Origin: an uncultured virus (IMG/VR IMGVR_UViG_3300046331_000190)
Lineage: Duplodnaviria > Heunggongvirae > Uroviricota > Caudoviricetes
Virus record (IMG/VR): IMGVR_UViG_3300046331_000190
DNA length: 63,156 bases
Strand: one strand, 5' to 3'
Below the pieces are notes generated by a model, which had not been told where the DNA came from, did no database searches, and saw only the letters and a list, made by a program, of their open reading frames with translations. Shown one piece after another: positions 49,611 through 57,859 of this stretch (within the stretch, counting starts at the first letter, position 1; the number at the start of each line of letters is the position of its first letter). A program made the position numbers and the translations under genes.

Positions 49611-49752
49611 CTGTAGTGGAAGGATTCGAACCTCCAAGTGGACTTTAGCTATAGGACATTGCGCGCTTGTGGTCAACCCATTACCCTACGTTTATCAGTA
49701 GCTCCACACCCCCGAGACAGGAGGGCACGTCTGCCAATTTCATCACACTACA
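49611..49752 (-). tRNA. tRNA-Asp(GUC)-like gene with a 73-nt variable arm
   Basis: Acceptor TGTAGTG/CACTACA; D-arm ATG-AAATTGGCAGA-CGT; anticodon arm CCCTC-CTGTCTC-GGGGG; T-arm GGAGG-TTCGAAT-CCTTC; discriminator G; insert at 49636-49708. Confidence 0.75.
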
Positions 49753-49775
49753 GTATGTTATGCAAGATAAAACAA

Positions 49776-50288
49776 TTATCCGTCATACGCAAGATTCTGG
49801 CCCCCGCGTACAGAACTCTGCTGTTCTTCTTGTAAATCTCTATAAGTTGACTTAAAGCTTTGTCTGATTTGGTCAAACTTTGCAGCAGCATTTATCACAG
49901 CAGTAATGTTACCATCTCTACCATGCTCAATATCTGTCACCTCCATGTATTTTGCCAATCGATCAAGCATTGACTTCATACCCATATAGGCTCTAAAAGT
50001 TGGCGTCTGATACATTTGCTCACATCTTTTCTTTGCGTGCAGTATCATGTCATCATCAAGAGAAAAATCAGCTCCAACCTCTTTTAAGATCATTGCTTCT
50101 TTGTCCTTTTCTGGAACATCAAAGAACGGATTAAGATCTGGATTAGGACAAGTTGAGTAAAACAAATATGTATAGATCTTTATTGCTTCATCCCCATACT
50201 CATCCATGATGTTCTTCAAGAACTCAAGTGTGTAACAATGCTCGGAAGGGATTACCTTACCGTTCTGTACATCAAATAATCTGACCAT
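49776..50288 (-). CDS. Conserved hypothetical protein
   Basis: 170-aa helical ORF ending in VRGG; possibly small-terminase-like, unverified. Confidence 0.55.
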   Translation of the reverse strand: MVRLFDVQNGKVIPSEHCYTLEFLKNIMDEYGDEAIKIYTYLFYSTCPNPDLNPFFDVPEKDKEAMILKEVGADFSLDDDMILHAKKRCEQMYQTPTFRAYMGMKSMLDRLAKYMEVTDIEHGRDGNITAVINAAAKFDQIRQSFKSTYRDLQEEQQSSVRGGQNLAYDG

Positions 50289-50797
50289 TAATCCCAGTGT
50301 TTATTGTATTCTTCGTAGTAGAAAGTAAGGTCTTGCGTTTTATCATCGTAATACTCACCAACTACATCACTCTTAAACTTACTATGCACGTTTTCAAACA
50401 AGGCAGTAGTAATAATTCTACTATCAGATGGAATGTAATCCTTCATTAGATCACAAATCCAAGTGTAGTTACCTCCTCTAATAATACCAGCTTCTGCAAG
50501 TACGTAATTATCGTAGGTTTTTGCAGAGATTGTTAATGTCCTTTTTAACTGAGACATGAACCAATCAGCTTGTTGATCAGGAAACGGAACATCAACCATC
50601 ATTAGATCACACATCTCACCATCTTTACTTAGCTTATGAGCCATATGCATGGCCACTGTGGCACTATAATCAGGTGAGACCATAAGAACTACCGTGTTGC
50701 TTGGATTAAGCTCAGGAAAGCGAACTTTGAGCATGGTTAACATTTCTTCTAAAACGTCTCCTTCTCTTTGTCTAGTAACTAATAATGGTTCTCTCAC
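50288..50797 (-). CDS. Phosphoribosyltransferase-fold protein
   Basis: YVLAEAGIIRGGNY resembles a degenerate PRPP loop; typical PRTase ending TALF..SD..G......F.YE. Confidence 0.55.
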   Translation of the reverse strand: MREPLLVTRQREGDVLEEMLTMLKVRFPELNPSNTVVLMVSPDYSATVAMHMAHKLSKDGEMCDLMMVDVPFPDQQADWFMSQLKRTLTISAKTYDNYVLAEAGIIRGGNYTWICDLMKDYIPSDSRIITTALFENVHSKFKSDVVGEYYDDKTQDLTFYYEEYNKHWD

Positions 50798-51633
50798 TTC
50801 TTTTTCTTTTTAAACTTGGGTCTGAACTCTTGTAAGTAATCTAACAAAGCAACAACCTCATCTTTTAAATACGGCACTTCATACGCCGTAATCTCCTCAA
50901 CGATTGGATTACCTTCGTTGTCAAGTGCTGCAATTGGATATCCAAATCTGTCCTCTCCCGCTTTTTCAAACTTGATATGTCTTAGAGTTAACTTGCCAGG
51001 ATCAAGTTTTGGATTATGTCTTAGTATAATATAAAGATACAAAGATAATTGCAAAGCATAGTGATTAAAGTTACAATCATCAAGATGTGCCACTGGATAT
51101 TTCATCTTTTGAGATATCCCCTCCCAGTTTTTATAGGAGGCCATGTTTATTTCTTTGTTTGTCTTGTAGTCATCAATGTTTACTTTATTCATGATCACCT
51201 CTGTAAAGTCAGACTGTCCACAAATACCAAAAGATTTCAAGTAAACAAAGTGCTCTGGATAAACACCTTCTCCAAGTTTCTGAGATGGTGCATATTTCAA
51301 TCCATCAACAACAACTGGTGGATATACAGGAACTTCAACACCTTCTCTAACAATTGTATTCAACGAGCATAGATCTTCCTCACGTTGATTGTGATACCAT
51401 GTTCCTAAATCAGTTGCTCTCTTTGCTTCAGAAGACCATGCATTCAAGATCTCCTCTTCGCTCATCCCGTACCACTTTGATTTCTTGTTCTTTGCAGATT
51501 TTTGAGCTTGCTTTGGAGCATCAAAATCCTGTTTAAAGAATCCAATAAAACTAGTTGCACTGATCCAATCAATTTGTTCTTCTTCGCCAACAGACGAATA
51601 CTCGTGATTGTCTGCTTTAAATATTAACGCCAT
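50794..51633 (-). CDS. PD-(D/E)xK RecB-family exonuclease
   Basis: GT..H, PEH, GQSD, IDDYKT, HYALQLSLY motifs. Confidence 0.8.
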   Translation of the reverse strand: MALIFKADNHEYSSVGEEEQIDWISATSFIGFFKQDFDAPKQAQKSAKNKKSKWYGMSEEEILNAWSSEAKRATDLGTWYHNQREEDLCSLNTIVREGVEVPVYPPVVVDGLKYAPSQKLGEGVYPEHFVYLKSFGICGQSDFTEVIMNKVNIDDYKTNKEINMASYKNWEGISQKMKYPVAHLDDCNFNHYALQLSLYLYIILRHNPKLDPGKLTLRHIKFEKAGEDRFGYPIAALDNEGNPIVEEITAYEVPYLKDEVVALLDYLQEFRPKFKKKKK

Positions 51634-51985
51634 TATTTTGTTGGTCTAAACGTTCTCTTAATACTTGCTCTTCAGCGGGTGATAATACTGCTACCCATAG
51701 TGGATGTTCACCAATGTCTTTTAGGTAACAATCACATGCCATACAGCGTGTCTTTAGTTGTATATTACAGCCACATCCTCCACACGCTGGAGATCCTTTA
51801 ACAAAAGCCTTCTCTGAAGACCCATCTTTGTCATACAAACCACAGGTATTTGATTCACAAATACTTGCTCTCTCAATCGCTACTGCTTCAATATCATCCT
51901 GTTTGAATATATTGTTTACAATACCTTCCAAGATTTGACCCTTACTCTTCCATATCTTGAGTAGGTTCTCCCTGTTTATTCGCAT
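51617..51985 (-). CDS. Zn-binding Cys-rich hypothetical protein
   Basis: R..IC...C..CGGCGC...K..C..C.C..W. Confidence 0.6.
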   Translation of the reverse strand: MRINRENLLKIWKSKGQILEGIVNNIFKQDDIEAVAIERASICESNTCGLYDKDGSSEKAFVKGSPACGGCGCNIQLKTRCMACDCYLKDIGEHPLWVAVLSPAEEQVLRERLDQQNNGVNI

Positions 51986-52352
51986 ATGCTGTTTTCTTAT
52001 GGTTTTCAATAAACTCTTTTCTTGCCATCTCCTCCTCGTATTGTTTCTTTAACTGTAAAAGATCATAATACTTCTCTGCTGTCCTGTAAATATTCTGAGC
52101 TTTCTGGTCACCCTTCTGCTCATTCATTTCCTGAGCAGCCTGTTTCTTTGCAAGCTCCTTATCAATCAACCAGTGCTTTATGGTAAAGTCACCAAAGTTT
52201 TCAATATGAATCCTAACGTGCTTTAACCTTGATAAAGACTCTCTGGTAACAGACCAAAAATGATTACCAATATCAGCAATCATATCCTGGTTCAACTTCA
52301 AGTCATCTGCAACTTGATCGTATACGGTCTTAGGCTTCTTGGGACGGAGCAA
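51942..52352 (-). CDS. HU/IHF-like protein
   Basis: Two helices followed by RIHIENFGDFTIK (HU beta-arm-like). Confidence 0.5.
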   Translation of the reverse strand: MLRPKKPKTVYDQVADDLKLNQDMIADIGNHFWSVTRESLSRLKHVRIHIENFGDFTIKHWLIDKELAKKQAAQEMNEQKGDQKAQNIYRTAEKYYDLLQLKKQYEEEMARKEFIENHKKTAYANKQGEPTQDMEE

Positions 52353-52704
52353 CGGCTGCGAATTTATAGTCTAATAACACATTACCAGAAGAGAACACTT
52401 TCAAAGCTGGATTCAGAGCAATCTTTTTCTTTGCCTTTCCATCTTTTACAATCAAGTTCTTCTTCTCAGCCTTTGTCAACGCATTCCTTACCGTCTGTGC
52501 AGAAGAGAATATTCCACGTTCCGCACATCTTGTACAGAATACAGTCAACTCCTGTTCACCAGATAAAGCCAAAAACGTTAAGCAGTCCAAGTCTGACTCA
52601 GACACTGCCACCTTCTCAAGATAGCAGTAAGTTAGAATCTGAAACTTTATAGCGTCCCAGTATTCTAACTTTGCTTTTCTTTCAACAAGATTAAACTGAG
52701 CCAT
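52330..52704 (-). CDS. Putative winged-HTH protein
   Basis: SAQTVRNALTKAEKKNLIVK..I.LNP. Confidence 0.5.
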   Translation of the reverse strand: MAQFNLVERKAKLEYWDAIKFQILTYCYLEKVAVSESDLDCLTFLALSGEQELTVFCTRCAERGIFSSAQTVRNALTKAEKKNLIVKDGKAKKKIALNPALKVFSSGNVLLDYKFAAVAPSQEA

Positions 52705-52969
52705 CAGTTCTCTTTAACTTCTTTTCAAAGTTCTGTTGAATCGGAGCATTATCTTCCTCTTCAGATTCTTCATCCTCTTGAGGTGACATCATTTGTCCAA
52801 TAAAAGCAGTTGCTTGAATCTCTTCAGCCTTTGCCTTTATAAACAGTGTGTTTAACTCTTGCAACTTAACCTGCAATTCTTTTAACTCGATCTGATCATT
52901 ATAAAACTTGATCATCTCTTCTCTTGATGGAGCCTTTGACTCATCTTGTACTTCTTGTTCTACTGACAT
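52691..52969 (-). CDS. Hypothetical acidic coiled-coil protein
   Basis: 92 aa; AAACCAAC leader. Confidence 0.55.
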   Translation of the reverse strand: MSVEQEVQDESKAPSREEMIKFYNDQIELKELQVKLQELNTLFIKAKAEEIQATAFIGQMMSPQEDEESEEEDNAPIQQNFEKKLKRTDGSV

Positions 52970-52982
52970 ACTATTGTTGGTT

Positions 52983-53264
52983 TTAAAGTTTTGCTTTTGT
53001 TTCCTTTTTTACTCGGGCTTTCCCCCTCCATACAGAGAGCATAATGTGAAACGGTGTGTCAATAACAAACACATCCGTATTATCCATATACACAGTCGTT
53101 GCATAATACTCATCATTCGTCTTTTCAGGAGACTTACGCTTTATTGCAATGATTCCATCCGTCTCAATCGCAGCATCAACCCACACCCCTGGATCAGAAA
53201 TCCCCAAGTCCTCAAGCTGCTCTTCTTGCATTGTATTGCACAGTACTTTACACTCGTGTATCAT
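52983..53264 (-). CDS. Hypothetical protein (first gene of the leftward unit)
   Basis: 93 aa; promoter-like ACTATCTTAT at 53277-53286. Confidence 0.55.
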   Translation of the reverse strand: MIHECKVLCNTMQEEQLEDLGISDPGVWVDAAIETDGIIAIKRKSPEKTNDEYYATTVYMDNTDVFVIDTPFHIMLSVWRGKARVKKETKAKL

Positions 53265-53389
53265 ATCGCCCTAATAATAAGATAGTTAATCGGTTTAAAC
53301 TTACCAAATTTAACTAGACCGCCACTAATATGCAAGTATTTCAGCAAGTTTTTTAATAACGCTGTTTAGAGCAAACTGAGGGGGTACAG

Positions 53390-53459
53390 TCATAGCTGTG
53401 AGACCCTATTATAATAAGTACTATATATACTATTATATTAACCTCTCATAGCTGTGAGA
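53390..53459. repeat. Two 14-bp direct repeats (TCATAGCTGTGAGA) flanking an AT-rich spacer
   Basis: Exact copies at 53390-53403 and 53446-53459, near-palindromic, at the strand switch. Confidence 0.85.
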
Positions 53460-53548
53460 TAACCCCCCCCATTTATCTTATACTAAACTACCCCCGGCTA
53501 TTGGCACCAAGTATGTTACGCTTCATGTGGGGGACATGATATGTTGAT

Positions 53549-53625
53549 CCCCTACTCTGTTTTGAGCAGGTGTATCCCCCTATTCAATGTTTGGGTTTTA
53601 TTTCCCTTACTTTGTTTAGAGCAGG
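53549..53625. repeat. Imperfect 22-bp direct repeat CCCYTACTYTGTTTWGAGCAGG
   Basis: 53549-53570 and 53604-53625 (19/22 identical); core TGTTTAGAGCA also at 53363-53373. Confidence 0.7.
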
Positions 53626-53671
53626 ATAATCTTGACTCGTTAATCATTTATTCATCTAACCGTTTACTAAC

Positions 53672-53974
53672 ATGAACAAGATTAAATTCACCGTAGCAAA
53701 AGTATCAGCTATCACAGAAAAAGGCAACTACATCCATACTATCAAGACTGAAGGCAAGTCCGTTAAGTTTGCGGGTATGGATATGAAAGGTGCAGGTCAG
53801 ACTTATTTCGTCGCTTTACAACAACCAATCGCGGTTGACGGTAAAGGTCACGAGACTGATTTGGACTTGTTCGATATCGTTGAACGTAAAGCTATGTTGG
53901 AGTATACCGACGAAGCAACGGGCGACGTACTCGAGCGTGAGTATGCTTTCAAATGGTTATTCCCGAAACGTTAA
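53672..53974 (+). CDS. Hypothetical protein (first rightward gene; beta-rich, possibly OB-fold)
   Basis: 100-aa ORF with strong codon bias. Confidence 0.6.
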   Translation: MNKIKFTVAKVSAITEKGNYIHTIKTEGKSVKFAGMDMKGAGQTYFVALQQPIAVDGKGHETDLDLFDIVERKAMLEYTDEATGDVLEREYAFKWLFPKR

Positions 53975-54126
53975 TCGGGGGTAACCATCAAGTAGGAACA
54001 CCTACGGGAGAGGCTTCGCGCCTTTCCCAAAAAGGTGTCTCATCTACTCAGCGCTCTCACTTCAAATAGGTGTCTTATCAGCTCAGCGTCTACTCAGTCT
54101 CTCGTGTCTCTATCTTGTTATGTACT

Positions 54127-54200
54127 CATTCTTAGAATAGTACAACAGTTTTGAGTATAATCCCTGGAGATTCTCTGACACATTCTTAGAATAGTACAAC
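54127..54200. repeat. Two exact 20-bp direct repeats CATTCTTAGAATAGTACAAC
   Basis: 54127-54146 and 54181-54200; 34-bp spacer; internal palindrome ATTCT-T-AGAAT. Confidence 0.85.
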
Positions 54201-54431
54201 GATGTGTGTGTTAGTTTGAGTGTGGGTGACAGTATATACGGTAAATGATTAACTTGTCTTATGTGCTTTAAACACACATATGAGGTGGATCAAATGGCTA
54301 TACGTCATTAGGCTTGTTCTTTCTCAGTCTTGTACACTTGACCTAGTATCTTATTACTATCTCTTATAGTGTATTACTTATTAGTTGCTTCTTCTTCTTT
54401 TAGATAACCCGAATCTTATGTTGTTCGCAAT

Positions 54432-54554
54432 CCAGGATCAAGACCTGGCATCACAGGCAGGTGTGGTGTTAAATATTCTAAGAGATCCTGCTAGTCTCTT
54501 TGTTTCACCTGGCAGAGTGACGGTAGCCCAATATGTGTGGCTACCAAATCTGCT
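54432..54554 (+). ncRNA. Candidate structured RNA: five hairpins, a kissing loop and a pseudoknot
   Basis: Loop GGCAGG (54456-61) is complementary to loop CCTGCT (54487-92); loop GGCAGA (54511-16) is complementary to TCTGCT (54549-54). Confidence 0.55.
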
Positions 54555-54569
54555 TTAATCTTTTATCAA

Positions 54570-54794
54570 ATGATTGTATTTAATACGCTTAAGAAAGCTC
54601 AGCACTATGTGAAGCACAAGACAGCTCAGTACAGGTCGTATCTTAACAAGTCACGTTACTACAACGACGAAGAGTTTATGTCTTACCAAATCAGTGAGAA
54701 CATGGTTCTTTGTGTGTCTGGTTGGCAATGTGGCTGCGGTTGTGACCGTGGAAGTACAAGTGCTACTGTTATTGGTAGAATCAAATCAGTTTAA
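54570..54794 (+). CDS. Hypothetical protein with CGCGC motif
   Basis: ATG at 54570; 74 aa. Confidence 0.55.
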   Translation: MIVFNTLKKAQHYVKHKTAQYRSYLNKSRYYNDEEFMSYQISENMVLCVSGWQCGCGCDRGSTSATVIGRIKSV

Positions 54795-54813
54795 TAACCA
54801 ATCCAACATACAC

Positions 54814-55134
54814 ATGAAAACAAACCAATCAACCAACATTAAAGACTGTATATTAAAAGGTCTTAGTCATTCGTTAGTTAAAGATAAAACCATTTTATGT
54901 ATGACAACCTCAATAGGTTCAAACTCAAAAAGAGAATATGATCTAAAAAGAGGATATATTACTGAAGAGTTTGATAAATATCTTCAAGATGTAAACTTTA
55001 CTATATATCCTAGCTCTTTAACTGGTATCATTATTTGGTACCAAGATGGTTCTTATTCTTGGGCTGGTGATGAAGAAGACCATATTACATGGGAACATCA
55101 TCGTAGACCTAATCCAGATTCATTTAATCTTTAA
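54814..55134 (+). CDS. Hypothetical protein
   Basis: ATG at 54814 after an A/C-rich leader; G.IIWY.DGSYS..WEHH..P. Confidence 0.6.
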   Translation: MKTNQSTNIKDCILKGLSHSLVKDKTILCMTTSIGSNSKREYDLKRGYITEEFDKYLQDVNFTIYPSSLTGIIIWYQDGSYSWAGDEEDHITWEHHRRPNPDSFNL

Positions 55135-55272
55135 TCTTTTACACACAGAAACTCTATTGTATTACTAAAGATGACAAAAGAAAAACAGCTAAGTAAAATA
55201 AACAACAAAGACCAAGCTTACAAGCAGTGGTTGCTAAAAGAATATAATCAATAATCCATAACTCTTATTATC

Positions 55273-55488
55273 ATGATTACTCCAGAATTAATTAAGAAAG
55301 CTCAAGAAGAGCGTAAGCAAGCACTAAAAAGAGGTGCTATCATTATCATGGCTTTAGGTACAGCTGTGTCATTGTTTGGATTCGTTAGAATCTTTACTGT
55401 TGGTAATCTTGCCGACCATGTAGTGTTCCTGTTTGGTGGTGTTGTTACCTGTATTGGTATATACTTTGAAACTCTAAACAATCGTTAA
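55273..55488 (+). CDS. Small membrane protein (2 TM)
   Basis: Two hydrophobic segments. Confidence 0.6.
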   Translation: MITPELIKKAQEERKQALKRGAIIIMALGTAVSLFGFVRIFTVGNLADHVVFLFGGVVTCIGIYFETLNNR

Positions 55489-55489
55489 C

Positions 55490-55768
55490 ATGTTGACATT
55501 CAAAGACTTAGAGTTTAGCGATGCCTTTGGTGGTGAAGCTTTTGGACTACGTGCTTATGTTGCTTTTCCAAACGGTTATGGTATATCTGTTGTCATTGGT
55601 CCATATACATATGGTGGTCCAGAAGGATTATATGAAGCAGCTGTCTTAGACAGAAATGGTTCTTTAACCTATGATACACCAGTAACTGATGATGTTATCG
55701 GTCATTTAACTGAAGAAGGAGTAACTGATGTTATGCGTCAGATCCAAGAGTTAAGTCCAGCCGAGTAA
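55490..55768 (+). CDS. Conserved phage protein
   Basis: FPNGYGISV..TYGG..GLYE.AVL..YDTPVTDDVIGHLT pattern, common in phage early regions. Confidence 0.7.
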   Translation: MLTFKDLEFSDAFGGEAFGLRAYVAFPNGYGISVVIGPYTYGGPEGLYEAAVLDRNGSLTYDTPVTDDVIGHLTEEGVTDVMRQIQELSPAE

Positions 55769-55831
55769 GAACCTATCCTAAGCATGATATAAAAAGGCTT
55801 TTTAGAATGTTTAATCCCTTAATCTACAACA

Positions 55832-56047
55832 ATGTCAAGACGTAAAAAAATCTTATTGATGCTAACGGTATTGTTTGCATCATACTCTGTTATCGCAATG
55901 GTATACGTAAACGTATGCTACAACTCAACACCTGGTATCCAAGAAGGTGAGCCTAGTCAGAATCTGTTTCAGATTATATTAGGTTCTGCTATAGTCTCAG
56001 CTTTGATTGGCAAAGTTACGTTCTGTAAATACGATGATGCTTACTAG
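55832..56047 (+). CDS. Small membrane protein (2 TM)
   Basis: Basic N-terminus plus two hydrophobic helices. Confidence 0.55.
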   Translation: MSRRKKILLMLTVLFASYSVIAMVYVNVCYNSTPGIQEGEPSQNLFQIILGSAIVSALIGKVTFCKYDDAY

Positions 56048-56048
56048 T

Positions 56049-56231
56049 ATGAAGGTATTAACAGGTGCTCCGAAACGAGGTGCTTTTTATCATGTTGTAT
56101 GGACAGCAAATAAAAAGACAATAGCTCGTGTGACAAACGTCTATCCTGATGGGTTAGTCGCTGTTGCAAATCCAAAGACGGGTGTCTTATGGAATACATT
56201 AGTTAAATGGTCAGACTTAAGATTAGTGTAA
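56049..56231 (+). CDS. Hypothetical SH3/KOW-like small protein
   Basis: 60 aa from ATG at 56049, coupled to both neighbours. Confidence 0.5.
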   Translation: MKVLTGAPKRGAFYHVVWTANKKTIARVTNVYPDGLVAVANPKTGVLWNTLVKWSDLRLV

Positions 56232-57667
56232 TGGAAAATCAAGTAATAGTAATAGATTCGATACCAGATTGGGCAATAGAGTTTACTCAAAAGCCCAACG
56301 GTATCAAGAAAGCTTTAGAGTACAATCGTACTGATAGGCTAAAGAGTCAATTCGTACATAACACGAACATCAAGATTGAAGATGGTGTTATATACTTCTC
56401 TCAACTTCCTTATAGAATAGCAAAGCGTCCTAATAACGTATATCATCTAGCTAAATCTAAGAAAGGTATGCGTGGTTTTACTGTTAACAAACGCGGTACT
56501 CTTCAAGTATGGTGGAATCAAGACTTTAACACAGCATTTGGTACTAAACTGTTAGTTACTATAGCTGGTGTACTTAACATCACTTGGTTTACTCAAGCTA
56601 CGTATTTGCATGCATTCATGTCAAAAGGTAACTATGGTAAGATACTACAGGGTAAGATAAAGAATCCAAGCGAACTTGCTGAACAGATTGTTAAGTCTCA
56701 TAAACTTGATGTTAACACAACTTTGTTCTTGAAGTTAGTAAAGATTATGAAGTGTGCTAGTTCAAACCTATACGATAGTCCTGATAAACACAAGATTATC
56801 AGACTGTTACGTCATAGTATAAACGCTGATGCATTTATTGAAAAGCTTGTTGACTATCATGCAAAAGAAAAAGCACGTTATGAAGCTGCAATGCTTGCTA
56901 AGTTTGAGAAAAAAGATACTGAAGATGGGATTAGATATAGCTTTAGTAATACTATATTTAATCCAGAGTACGAAGAGTCTAATGCATATGTACACTTTGG
57001 TAACTTCTTTTCAAGAAGCTTTAGATATGATAAACCAGAAACAGACTGGAGACTTATCGGTGACGTGTTAGATCAGCTTGAATTACTTGGTCATAAGATG
57101 AACTTACTTTGGTCTTACAAGAGACTAAACGAAGAGCATAACAAGTGGTCAGCTGAACTACTATCTTATGAGATAGATGATATGGAAGATGAGAATGCAT
57201 ATCCTTTTCGTTTCTGTGAGTTCTTTGATGATTTCGAAGATGAGTTTACTTCTATTGTTGATACAAAGAAGAAAGCTTTCACTGAAGGTAAAGTAATGAA
57301 GCACTGTTTCTATACTAGCTATTGGCCTAAAGTAATGAAAGGCAGGTATTTAACCTATCATACTACGTATGGTGGTATTGATGGCACTCTTAGTATCATT
57401 GAAACGTTTGGTTTAACAAATACTAGTAAGTTTACTGCTCAAGAATTAGATCTTAGAGGTACTAGTCAACCTTTTAAAGCGTTTAAGATCGATCAGTTCT
57501 ACGGTAAATCAAATAAGAATATGCCTGAAGAAATAATAGCTTATTACAAACAAAAAGTAGATAAGGCAAATGATGCTTTTATCACTAAGCTAAGAAAAGA
57601 AGGCGAAGTTAATGTAATGTCTAATCCACTAGAAGTTGATGGTAATATACAGTTTAACTTCTGGTAA
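56231..57667 (+). CDS. PcfJ-like domain protein
   Basis: L.EEH, EGKVMKHC..SY and QFYGKSN motifs at the C-terminus. Confidence 0.65.
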   Translation: MENQVIVIDSIPDWAIEFTQKPNGIKKALEYNRTDRLKSQFVHNTNIKIEDGVIYFSQLPYRIAKRPNNVYHLAKSKKGMRGFTVNKRGTLQVWWNQDFNTAFGTKLLVTIAGVLNITWFTQATYLHAFMSKGNYGKILQGKIKNPSELAEQIVKSHKLDVNTTLFLKLVKIMKCASSNLYDSPDKHKIIRLLRHSINADAFIEKLVDYHAKEKARYEAAMLAKFEKKDTEDGIRYSFSNTIFNPEYEESNAYVHFGNFFSRSFRYDKPETDWRLIGDVLDQLELLGHKMNLLWSYKRLNEEHNKWSAELLSYEIDDMEDENAYPFRFCEFFDDFEDEFTSIVDTKKKAFTEGKVMKHCFYTSYWPKVMKGRYLTYHTTYGGIDGTLSIIETFGLTNTSKFTAQELDLRGTSQPFKAFKIDQFYGKSNKNMPEEIIAYYKQKVDKANDAFITKLRKEGEVNVMSNPLEVDGNIQFNFW

Positions 57668-57679
57668 AATAAATCTCAC

Positions 57680-57859
57680 ATGAAAGAATCAAAACAAGAG
57701 GTCGTTGTCGACTTCATCTTTAATCTATTAGCACTAATCTTATTAGTTGCTGCAATGGTTCAGTATTTCTATACTGACCACATGTATATGTCAATGGCAG
57801 CAGCTGTTGCTACGTTAGTATGGACGATTGTTGTCATCATCAAATATTCAAGATCATGA
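57680..57859 (+). CDS. 59-aa membrane protein (below the ORF-track cutoff)
   Basis: MKESKQEVVVDFIFNLLALILLVAAMV..ATLVWTIVVIIKYSRS; ATGA overlap with the next gene. Confidence 0.65.
   Translation: MKESKQEVVVDFIFNLLALILLVAAMVQYFYTDHMYMSMAAAVATLVWTIVVIIKYSRS

Noticed and set aside
49636..49708. Group I or canonical bulge-helix-bulge intron in the tRNA
   Set aside because: Too short for group I and outside the anticodon loop; the bulges flanking the 4-bp helix are 10 and 5 nt rather than 3.
50794..51633. Cas4
   Set aside because: PD-(D/E)xK core is present, but the four-Cys Fe-S cluster pattern is absent.
1338..53285. Numerous plus-strand ORFs of 60-130 aa opposite the virion genes, and the minus-strand ORF at 60157..60426
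   Set aside because: They are antisense shadows of long biased-codon genes or of structured RNA, with no recognisable motifs or leaders.
53363..53625. GTTTAGAGC words resembling type II-A CRISPR repeat starts
   Set aside because: Similarity is limited to about 9 nt, spacing is irregular across the three copies, and no 36-bp repeat is present.
54127..54200. 20-bp repeat, 34-bp spacer, 20-bp repeat as a mini-CRISPR array
   Set aside because: Only two copies, shorter than typical CRISPR repeats, and no cas genes. It is kept as an unexplained direct repeat; a spacer match to another phage would reopen the question.
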